A stretch of 44,412 nucleotides of DNA from a virus (Duplodnaviria > Caudoviricetes), in the IMG/VR virus record IMGVR_UViG_3300022173_000053, positions 1 through 44,412 of that record. One strand, given 5' to 3'. Positions within the stretch are counted from its first letter, which is position 1, and each line of letters starts with the position of its first letter. Below are positions 23,616 to 32,127 of this stretch, in pieces. The translations under genes and the position numbers were made by a program. The notes below the pieces were generated by a model. That model saw only the letters and a program-made list of their open reading frames with translations. It was not told where the DNA came from and did no database searches.

Positions 23616-26069
23616 ATGGCCGTTGCGACGCCCGACAGCTACACGTTCACGCCGGGCACTCCGCTTTACGCGGGGTTGCCGACGCCATCAGTGGGCGGGC
23701 TCATCACGACGCTTAGTCTGGTGAACACCTCTGGCAGCACGCAGGCGGCGAACTTCGTCAGCCCGATGCTTGGGATGCCGTTCAAGGCTGGTGATCTCCC
23801 AAGCGGCGAGTACCCGGTGTTCACGCTGGAGGATGACACGCCGGTTCCCGCCACGGTGTACAGCGATACCTCGTGGCCGGATTCGTCCAAGAAGTTCTGC
23901 GGGGTGTTGCTGCGCACTCCCACGTCAATTGCAGGCTCTGGCACTCTCTCCGTTGAGGTCAAGGGCGGCGGCTCTGCGCCTGCGGCTAGCTCACGCACGT
24001 TGAGCGACCTTACAGCGGCGGACATCACGGTCGAGTTGACGGGCATCACCAACCTCTCTGGTGTTTGGACGGCCTCGCTCAACACCGCGATCACGGACGC
24101 GACCGACATTGTTGTCATCGGTGACGGTCCAGCGGGTAAGGTATGGCGTATTGGTGGCCCGTTCAAGCAATCCGGTGCTGCCCATGGGCAACTGCATTGC
24201 TGGCATTACGTGGCCGCTTTGCAGAACAGTGTGGGTGGCCTGCTCGGCATTCGCTACCTCGGCCGCATTGCGCAGCCTTGGGCCGATGTCTCAAGCCCGA
24301 CACCGAACAACCGCCGCGCGACTGGTGTACTCAAATCTGGTGCCTCCACGATCCGCACGCTGCAAGGCGTCACCGGATCTGAGGTCACTGGCAACAACAT
24401 CGACATCGACCACTACACATCGTTCTTCACGGCTGGCGCAGACGCCAAGTGGGACTACGTGCAGGGTGGCGGATCAGCCTCGGCTGACTGCACCGTTCGT
24501 GTGGTGTTTGATGAGTCGTACTTCATCAAAACGCGCATGGTGCCGCCGTATGACACCGCTTTGAACCCTACGGCTGGCTCCAGCGTGGACTATGTGGCGT
24601 ACTGCAAAGGCCCCTACGAGCAGCGCAACATGACCTCATCAGGTCCACGCGCCGAGGTTGGCATTCTCCCGACATGGGTGGCACGGCATGTGCTCACGCA
24701 GTCCGCAGTGGACGAGCGCGTGTGTCGTGTGGCCGGTTTGGCTGCTGGTGGCTGGAATACAACCCTTCGCCGCAGCACGACCAATCAGCCGATCCCATGC
24801 GTTGACATTGACGCGAGCTACACCGGCCTGGGCACCATTCAGACCACATGGCGGTTCATCACGGGTGGCAACAGCGGCCCGGTCACCCCATCTTCTGGTG
24901 TTGACATCTGGCCCAGCTCGCACGAATCCAGCCACCGGCCATCGGGCACGTATTACCCGTATCTCATCACGGGCGAGCCGCAGTATCTGGACATGCTGGT
25001 GGAAGAGGCGGCAGAGATTGTCATGGCGGCTGTGCAAGGATCAACCACCTTCAATACCTCGCTGCCCATCACTGCGGTTACAGGTGCCTACGGCGGCACG
25101 CGCAGCGTCATCATCAACGGCACAACCTACAAGAACGGCGGCGGGTTCATTCGTGGAGACCTGTACCGCGTGTCTGCGTGGCTGATGCGTGATCTGGCGC
25201 AAGCGGCTGCGATCTACCCTGACACCTGCCCATCAGGAACGGCGATCCGCGACTACCTGCGCGACCTTGTAACAGACGCCTATTCCGCTGTTGCAGCCTA
25301 CAACGCACTGATGGCGACAAGCTGGCGTGACACCGGCATGTGGACGATGTTGGGCAATGGGTCCACCGACGCCGATTTTGAATCGCCTTGGGCTTTGGCT
25401 TACGTGTCCGACACGGTTTGCCACACTGAAAGTATTTTGCCCGGCTTGGGTGCACTGGCCTTCCGTCAGCACCTCGCCAAGTTCTATTCGTCGCTCGCCG
25501 CGTCCATCGACATTGCAAGCATCACGGCGTACCGAATGAGCCAGTTCAAAGGCGACGGTACGCGGGTGGACTCGACCGATGATTTGGTGTTCACCTTTGG
25601 CGGCACGCTGACCTCCAGCACCACGGACAGCAGGTTTACCACGCCTGACGCATGGAACCCCACAAATGGTGATGTGTTCATGTTCACTACGGTGGCCAAC
25701 ATCGGAGATGCCGACAAGCCGTTTGCCGCCGCAACAAACAACACCCGCCTGTACGCCGTGAACGTGTCGGGCAAGACCTTTCAGCTTTCGCTCACGCTGG
25801 GCGGTTCGCCGATCACAGTGACCAGCAACGTGACGATCACGTCATGGCTGTGCCGCCTGCAAAACGCAGCACCCATCAACAGTTTTGAGGGGTTGTTCGG
25901 CACCAGTTCGATGCTCTCCAACATGCGCGCAGCGGTCAGCCATCACGTCGCTTGCGGAGACTCTGTGGCATCAGCGGCACGCACTGAGATTGACGCTCGC
26001 GCAACGTCTGCGGGCCTCACGTACACAGCCGATCCCAAGTGGGCATTCGTGCCCGCGTACCCGGTGTAA
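23616..26069 (+). CDS. Large virion appendage protein, polysaccharide-lyase-like (YetA/PL26-type architecture)
   Basis: G.PF..GD.P...W.D.S.K N-terminal sandwich, then G.R.E.G..P.W and SH.P...Y.PYL.TG...YL..L helical-barrel motifs. Confidence 0.55.
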   Translation: MAVATPDSYTFTPGTPLYAGLPTPSVGGLITTLSLVNTSGSTQAANFVSPMLGMPFKAGDLPSGEYPVFTLEDDTPVPATVYSDTSWPDSSKKFCGVLLRTPTSIAGSGTLSVEVKGGGSAPAASSRTLSDLTAADITVELTGITNLSGVWTASLNTAITDATDIVVIGDGPAGKVWRIGGPFKQSGAAHGQLHCWHYVAALQNSVGGLLGIRYLGRIAQPWADVSSPTPNNRRATGVLKSGASTIRTLQGVTGSEVTGNNIDIDHYTSFFTAGADAKWDYVQGGGSASADCTVRVVFDESYFIKTRMVPPYDTALNPTAGSSVDYVAYCKGPYEQRNMTSSGPRAEVGILPTWVARHVLTQSAVDERVCRVAGLAAGGWNTTLRRSTTNQPIPCVDIDASYTGLGTIQTTWRFITGGNSGPVTPSSGVDIWPSSHESSHRPSGTYYPYLITGEPQYLDMLVEEAAEIVMAAVQGSTTFNTSLPITAVTGAYGGTRSVIINGTTYKNGGGFIRGDLYRVSAWLMRDLAQAAAIYPDTCPSGTAIRDYLRDLVTDAYSAVAAYNALMATSWRDTGMWTMLGNGSTDADFESPWALAYVSDTVCHTESILPGLGALAFRQHLAKFYSSLAASIDIASITAYRMSQFKGDGTRVDSTDDLVFTFGGTLTSSTTDSRFTTPDAWNPTNGDVFMFTTVANIGDADKPFAAATNNTRLYAVNVSGKTFQLSLTLGGSPITVTSNVTITSWLCRLQNAAPINSFEGLFGTSSMLSNMRAAVSHHVACGDSVASAARTEIDARATSAGLTYTADPKWAFVPAYPV

Positions 26070-26072
26070 GCC

Positions 26073-28280
26073 ATGGCATTCAACGACGCTTTTACCGGGA
26101 CCGCTGGGCAAAAGATCATCGCCCGCTCGGGCTGGGCCATGCTCGGCTCTGGCTCCACTGGCGACAACCCGGAAATCAACGCCGCAGGCACTCGGATGGC
26201 CTCCGCTGCGTCAAACGGCGATGCCGGAATGATCGGGCAGGACACCGGGACGACTGACCACTACGTCCAAGCGAAGCTCTACACCGGGTTCCAATGGGGC
26301 GAGTCTGGCAACCTTCCTTTGCTTTGCGTCAGGACCGACAGCCGCAACGAGGGCTGGGGCCTGATGTACCGCACATCGACGAGTTCTTGGCAGATTTACA
26401 AGGCTGGTGCGGGTGCTGGGTTGCGCGGTTCATACGCCGCAACTTTTGTTGATGGCGATGTCGTTCGGCTTGAGGCTGAAGGTGCTGACATTCGGTTTTA
26501 TCTGAATGGAACCCTGCGACTGACAGACCCCGGCGTTACGGATGGCCTGACACAAACCGGCGTTGGCATCCTAGTGCGCAACGTGGCATCGTCTGTGGAC
26601 ATTGCTGACGACTGGGAGTCGGGCGCGCTTGCGCCAGCCGACACTACCGCCCCCACGCTGACCAGCGCAGCACTGGATGCAATCAGCCCCACGGCCTTGA
26701 ATGGCTCCGTGACGACCGATGAGGCTGGCCCTGCATGGGCAGTCATCACCACATCGGCCACGACGCCAACGGACACGCAGATCAAGGCGGGCGAGGACCA
26801 CACGGGATCGGCTGCGGTGGACTCCGACACCGCCACGCTTTCGATTGGCGCGAACGCCGATGTATTCAGTTTCACCGGCTCGGCTTCGACCACGTACTAC
26901 ATGCATGTGGTGCAGGACGATGAGGCGGGCTCGCCTAACACGTCCGACCCGATCAGCTCGGCAGGCGAGACGACACCAACGCCTGACGCTATCGCTCCAC
27001 TCGTGACTTCGGTTGGCGCATTAGTGAAGTCCAACGCGCTCGCGGTGATTTCGGCCACGACGAACGAAGCCAACGGCACCATGTACTTGGTGACGACCAC
27101 CAGCGCGACACCTCCTGACGCGGATCAGGTGATGGCTGGCACGGACCACGCTGATGCTGCGGCTGTGTTTGACGACTTGCAGGCCATCGGCTCTACGGGC
27201 GTCAAGACGTTCAACGCGACGGGCCACACGGCGCTGCAAACGTACTACGGGTACGTGATGCACCGCGATGCCGCGGGCAACAACTCGGATGTGGAAGCCA
27301 CCGGCTCGTTCGTCATGTTCGACGACGGCGCCACCGGCCAGGCAATCATCGACGACACGTCCGCCATCCCCGGGGTGCAGGAAGACGGCATCCTGGTCAA
27401 CGACGTGGAGTTGCCAGCCGATGCCGACAAGTGGTTCACCTACGATGTCGTGACCCCGGTGGTGGACACGGCGAGCCTGACGCTGTTTCCCAATGGCTCG
27501 CTGATCTGGACCGGCACGTCGGCGGACTCGTTCACCTACCAGCTCAAGGTCGATGGCGTCGATGTCGGCGCGCCGCAACTGGTGACGCTGGCGCCCGTTG
27601 GCCCGCCAGACGACGAAGACCCTGTGCTCACCGGCGATCTGGTCGCCACCGACATCACAGACACCAGTTACACCCTGACCTGGCCCGCCGCCACCGACAA
27701 CGCGGGCGTTGCTGGCTACGAGGTGAGCCTGAACAACGGCAGCAGCTACACGAACGTCGGCCTGGTGCTGACAACGGGCATCACCGGGCGTACGCCAGAA
27801 GCCACTGATCTGACGCGCGTGCGAGCCTACGATGCCGCCGGCAACCGCAGCGACTTCCTGGCCGAGTCGGTGACGCTGCTTGAAACCCCCGAGCCTCCCG
27901 ACGAGATCGCGCCTGAACTCAGCCTGCCCACGGCCACGACCACGGGGGCGACCACCGCCGACGCGACCGTCACCACGAACGAGGCCGATGGCGCGCTGTT
28001 CTGGGTGCGCACGGCCAACCTGACCGAAGACAAGAACGCCGTGGTGGCCACTGCTACGGCCGCCGGCGCCACGCAGGCGGTCACGGCCAGCGGCCTGCAG
28101 TCCTACGGCGTGACCGGGCTCGACCCAGCGTCGACTGGCCGGGTGCACACCGTCCACCGCGACGCCGCGGGCAACGTCTCCGACACGATCAGCACCGCTG
28201 AATTCACGACCAATGCATTCGGCGGCGGCGCGGGCGGAAACTCGACGGGATTGAGCATCGGGCTGCGCATCGGTTTGTAA
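26073..28280 (+). CDS. Head fibre-like protein: lectin/ConA-like N-terminus, Ig/FN3 repeats, C-terminal GLSIGLRIGL
   Basis: FN3 motif LTW.AATDN.GV.GYEV...VRAYDAAGN.S. Three DxxAP...TT.EA.G...H.D.AGN.S-type repeats. Confidence 0.65.
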   Translation: MAFNDAFTGTAGQKIIARSGWAMLGSGSTGDNPEINAAGTRMASAASNGDAGMIGQDTGTTDHYVQAKLYTGFQWGESGNLPLLCVRTDSRNEGWGLMYRTSTSSWQIYKAGAGAGLRGSYAATFVDGDVVRLEAEGADIRFYLNGTLRLTDPGVTDGLTQTGVGILVRNVASSVDIADDWESGALAPADTTAPTLTSAALDAISPTALNGSVTTDEAGPAWAVITTSATTPTDTQIKAGEDHTGSAAVDSDTATLSIGANADVFSFTGSASTTYYMHVVQDDEAGSPNTSDPISSAGETTPTPDAIAPLVTSVGALVKSNALAVISATTNEANGTMYLVTTTSATPPDADQVMAGTDHADAAAVFDDLQAIGSTGVKTFNATGHTALQTYYGYVMHRDAAGNNSDVEATGSFVMFDDGATGQAIIDDTSAIPGVQEDGILVNDVELPADADKWFTYDVVTPVVDTASLTLFPNGSLIWTGTSADSFTYQLKVDGVDVGAPQLVTLAPVGPPDDEDPVLTGDLVATDITDTSYTLTWPAATDNAGVAGYEVSLNNGSSYTNVGLVLTTGITGRTPEATDLTRVRAYDAAGNRSDFLAESVTLLETPEPPDEIAPELSLPTATTTGATTADATVTTNEADGALFWVRTANLTEDKNAVVATATAAGATQAVTASGLQSYGVTGLDPASTGRVHTVHRDAAGNVSDTISTAEFTTNAFGGGAGGNSTGLSIGLRIGL

Positions 28281-28333
28281 CTTTCCTTCCGTCGCCATTG
28301 GTGCGAAAATCCCCCCAACATTGAGGGCATCAC

Positions 28334-28981
28334 ATGGCATCGAAAGTCTCCATCGCAAACCGCGCGCTGACCAAACTCGGCGACCAGCGCATCCTGCTGT
28401 TGTCGGATGACAACAACGCGGCCCGCACGCTGAACTCGATGTTCGACGATGTGCGCGACGCCGAGATCCGGCGCCACCGGTGGAAGTTCGCATTGAAGCG
28501 CGACCAACTTTCCGCCCTGGTGGCAGCGCCGTCGTGGGGGTTCCAGTTCCAGTACCCGCTGCCGACCGACTTCCTCGGTCTGGTGCAGGTCAACGAGTTC
28601 TACATCCGAACGGGCCTCACCTACAAAACCGCGTGGTCGGTGGAGGCGGGCAACATTCTGACCGACTTCCCGGCGCCGCTGAAGATCCGCTACATGGCGC
28701 GCATCGACAACCCGGCGCTGTACGACCCGCTGTTCGTCGAGGTGCTGGCCTGCAAACTGGCGCTGGAATCTTGCGAGGCGCTGACGCAATCCAGCGCGAA
28801 GAAACAGTCGGCCATGGAGGAATACAAGTTCGCGCTGTCCGAGGCGCTGCGCCAGGACGCGATCGAGAACCCGCCCGATGAGATGCCGCAAGGCTCGTGG
28901 CTGGACTCGCGCCAGTCGGACAATCGCTACGGCGGTGGTGGGAATCCTTGGGAAGCGTTCCCCGGGGGCTTCACGGTATGA
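28334..28981 (+). CDS. Tail tubular protein A / head-tail adaptor (T7 gp11-like)
   Basis: S.V.IANRAL..LG...I, H.W.FA..R..L, Y.LP.D.L, F...LA..LA. Confidence 0.88.
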   Translation: MASKVSIANRALTKLGDQRILLLSDDNNAARTLNSMFDDVRDAEIRRHRWKFALKRDQLSALVAAPSWGFQFQYPLPTDFLGLVQVNEFYIRTGLTYKTAWSVEAGNILTDFPAPLKIRYMARIDNPALYDPLFVEVLACKLALESCEALTQSSAKKQSAMEEYKFALSEALRQDAIENPPDEMPQGSWLDSRQSDNRYGGGGNPWEAFPGGFTV

Positions 28982-31209
28982 GCAAGGCCAGCCCGATCCT
29001 CGAGAACTTCAACACCGGCGAACTCTCGCCGCTGATCGCGGGGCGCGTCGGATTCGAGAAATACCCGAACGGCGCGTCGCTGCTGGAGAACTTCATCCCG
29101 ACCACGCAGGGCCCGAACGTGCGCCGCGCAGGCACGCGGTTTGTGGGCGAGGTAAAAAGCTCGGCGGCCAAAGTGCTGCTGGTGCCATTCGAGTTCTCGG
29201 TCACGCAGGCCTACATGCTGGAGTTCGGCAACCTGTACGTGCGGTTCTACACGTGGGACGCTGTGACGAAAGTGCGCGGCATTTTGGAGTCGAGCCCGGG
29301 CGTTCCTGTTGAGGTGGTGACGCCCTACACGACAGCCGATCTCTACAACGCTGACGGAACTCCGCGCCTGCGGTTCGCGCAGTCAGGCGACTTCCTGTAC
29401 CTCACCCACTCACGCCACAAACAGCGCGTGCTGCAGCGCACCACGGTCACGTCGTTTACGCTGACCGAGTACGCGGCCAAGGGTGGTCCGTGGAAGTCGC
29501 TGAACGACACAGCCATTACGGTGTATGCCTCGGCCGAAACTGGCTCGGTGACGCTGACCGCGAGCGCGCCGATTTTTCAGGCCGGCCACGTGGGTTCGCT
29601 GTTCTACCTGGAGTCGCGCGACGTGAACGCCATCCCCGCGTGGGAGGTGGGCAAGGTTATCGCGCTGGCGGCGCGGCGCCGATCGGATGGGAAAACCTAC
29701 GAGGCACTGAGCGCGGCCACCACCGGCACGAACCGGCCTGTGCACACCGAGGGCGCGCTGCTCGATGGCGACGCGGGCGTCTCGTGGGAGTTCCGTGACC
29801 CGGGCTACGGCTATGTGCTGATCACGGCGTTCACATCGTCCACGGTTGTGACGGCCACGGTGATCGACCGGCTGCCGTCGCAGGTTGTTGGCGTCGGGCT
29901 GCCCACGACACGCTGGGCCTATTCCGAGTGGAGCGATGTGGAGGGCTGGCCATCGGATGTCACGTTCTACCGCGAGCGCCTGTGGTTCGGGAAGCGGCAA
30001 ATGGCCTGGGGTTCGGTGTCGGCAGACTTCACCGACTTCTCACCGCGCTCGTTCGGCCAGGTCACGGCGGACATGGCGATCACCGTCACGCTATCGTCGG
30101 GCAAGATCAACGACATCCAGTGGATGGTGCCCGACCGCGACCTGGTGATCGGCACGGCCGGCGGAGAGTTTGCTGTGGGCGAGCTCACCAACGGCGAACC
30201 CTTGGGCCCGACCAACCGACGCAGCAGGATCATGAGCCAGTTCGGATCGCGCGCCATCCCACCGATCAAGAACGTGGAGGCCCTGCTGTTCATCCAGCGA
30301 TCGGGCCTGAAGGCGCGGGAGACGTACTACGACTTCGGCAGCGACGGGTACAAGTCGAGCGACGCCACGGTGCTTGCCGAGCACATCACCCGCACCGGTG
30401 TCACGCAGATGGCGTTCGCCCCAGACCCTGATCAGATCGTCTGGGCGGTGCGCGCCGACGGCTTGCTGCTGGGCTTCACGTGGAACAACGAGCAGGCGGT
30501 GCGCGGCTGGCACCGGCACCCGATTGGTGGCGCTGGCGAGGTGGAATCCATCGCCGTGATGCCGGCAGCCGAGGGTGATCGCTCCGAACTTTGGATGGTG
30601 GTGAAACGCACGATCGACGGCGTGACGAAACGGTACGTCGAATATCTGGAGCGCGCCTACCGCACCGGCGACGCGCAGACCTCGCAGTTTTATGTGGACT
30701 CGGGCCTGTCGTACTCGGGCGCCGCGGTGACGACGATCTCGGGGTTGGGCCACCTGGAGGGCGCCACCGTGTCGGTGCTGGTGAACGGCGCACCGCACCC
30801 GAATGTGGTGGTGACAGCCGGCGAGATCGAACTGCAGCTGCCGGCGACCACCGCGCAGATCGGCCTGCCATGCCCGGCGCGCTACCGGTCAATGCGCTTG
30901 GAGGCGGGCGCGCGCGACGGTACATCGCAGGGCAAGACGAAACGGATCTCAAAGGTTGTGCTGCGGCTGGACAACACCGGGGGCGGCAAGTACGGCCCGC
31001 TGCAGGATGGCGGCCAGATGGACACACTGCAACTGCGGCGCGCGTCCGACGCGATGGACCAGCCGGCGCCGTTGTTCACGGGTGACAAAGTGGTTTCCTG
31101 GCCGAACGGCTACGACCTCGACGCGTACCTCGGTTTCGAGATCGACCAGCCGGTGGCGGCGACCTTGGTGGCGCTTATGCCACAAGTCACGACACAGGAC
31201 GCGCGGTGA
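28978..31209 (+). CDS. Tail tubular protein B / nozzle (T7 gp12-like)
   Basis: NFNTGELSP...GR, RR.GT.FV, LEFG..Y.RF, GWP..V.F...RL.F, WHRH. Confidence 0.9.
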   Translation: MSKASPILENFNTGELSPLIAGRVGFEKYPNGASLLENFIPTTQGPNVRRAGTRFVGEVKSSAAKVLLVPFEFSVTQAYMLEFGNLYVRFYTWDAVTKVRGILESSPGVPVEVVTPYTTADLYNADGTPRLRFAQSGDFLYLTHSRHKQRVLQRTTVTSFTLTEYAAKGGPWKSLNDTAITVYASAETGSVTLTASAPIFQAGHVGSLFYLESRDVNAIPAWEVGKVIALAARRRSDGKTYEALSAATTGTNRPVHTEGALLDGDAGVSWEFRDPGYGYVLITAFTSSTVVTATVIDRLPSQVVGVGLPTTRWAYSEWSDVEGWPSDVTFYRERLWFGKRQMAWGSVSADFTDFSPRSFGQVTADMAITVTLSSGKINDIQWMVPDRDLVIGTAGGEFAVGELTNGEPLGPTNRRSRIMSQFGSRAIPPIKNVEALLFIQRSGLKARETYYDFGSDGYKSSDATVLAEHITRTGVTQMAFAPDPDQIVWAVRADGLLLGFTWNNEQAVRGWHRHPIGGAGEVESIAVMPAAEGDRSELWMVVKRTIDGVTKRYVEYLERAYRTGDAQTSQFYVDSGLSYSGAAVTTISGLGHLEGATVSVLVNGAPHPNVVVTAGEIELQLPATTAQIGLPCPARYRSMRLEAGARDGTSQGKTKRISKVVLRLDNTGGGKYGPLQDGGQMDTLQLRRASDAMDQPAPLFTGDKVVSWPNGYDLDAYLGFEIDQPVAATLVALMPQVTTQDAR

Positions 31210-31643
31210 ACATCGTGGCCTTCAAACCCGCCCATCTGCACGCCTTGGAACTGCAGGACGCGCAGGCATACCTCAGTGGGCAGATCACCAGCCCGGGATA
31301 TGCCGAGAGCCTGGCCACCGTCGGGCAGTCGTTCACCGTGCTCGACGGCGAGACGGTCATCGGTTGCGGCGGATGCATGGAGATGTGGGAGGGTCGGGCG
31401 ATCGTGTGGGCCATCGTCTCGCGCCACGCCGGCCGGCTCATGGTGGGCATTCACCGGGCGGTCGCCGGGTTCCTTTCTGCGTCAAAATACAGGCGCATCG
31501 AGGCGTGGGTCGACGAGGGTTTTGAGCCCGGCATGCGCTGGGCGGAGATGCTCGGGTTCACGCTGGAGACGCCCGAGCCTATGCGGGGCTTTCGGCCGAG
31601 TGGCGGGGCCTGTTTTTTATACGCGAAGGTGAAACATGGCTGA
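31206..31643 (+). CDS. GNAT-fold virion assembly protein (T7 gp13-like position)
   Basis: RIEA.V...F....RW..MLGF..E, in the conserved slot after tube B. Confidence 0.7.
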   Translation: MNIVAFKPAHLHALELQDAQAYLSGQITSPGYAESLATVGQSFTVLDGETVIGCGGCMEMWEGRAIVWAIVSRHAGRLMVGIHRAVAGFLSASKYRRIEAWVDEGFEPGMRWAEMLGFTLETPEPMRGFRPSGGACFLYAKVKHG

Positions 31644-32127
31644 TCCGATTTCATGGATGGCGATTCTGTCGGCGGGCACGGCGGCCGTTGGTGCTATTGG
31701 CGCCATTCAACAGGGCCAGCAGGCTAATGCCGCGGCGCAGTCCGACGCCAACATGGCCGAATACAACGCCAAGATGAACGAGATCCAGGCGCGCCAGGCC
31801 TATGCCGGGGCAGGGCGCCAGGAGGAAGAGCAACGCCGTCGCGCGCGTGCGCAGATCGGGCAGTCGCTGGCGGCCAGCGCTGAAGCCGGAGCGGGTCTGA
31901 ATGGTGACGTGCTGCGCACCTCGGTGTTCGACGCCGAGTCCGATGCGCTGGCCATCCGCTACGAGGGCGACCTGAAGGCGCAGGGATTGAAAGACTCGGC
32001 TGCGCTGCAGCGTTCGTCGGCTGTGGTGGCGCGTGACCGCGGCAAGCAGGCAATCACCGGCAGCTACCTGAACGCGGGCTCGGCGCTGCTGAGTGCCGGA
32101 ACCAGCTACTACAAAGGCATGAAGTAA
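31636..32127 (+). CDS. Internal virion (ejection) protein, gp14-like
   Basis: Hydrophobic Ala/Gly-rich N-terminus, Q/A-rich helix, conserved synteny. Confidence 0.75.
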   Translation: MADPISWMAILSAGTAAVGAIGAIQQGQQANAAAQSDANMAEYNAKMNEIQARQAYAGAGRQEEEQRRRARAQIGQSLAASAEAGAGLNGDVLRTSVFDAESDALAIRYEGDLKAQGLKDSAALQRSSAVVARDRGKQAITGSYLNAGSALLSAGTSYYKGMK

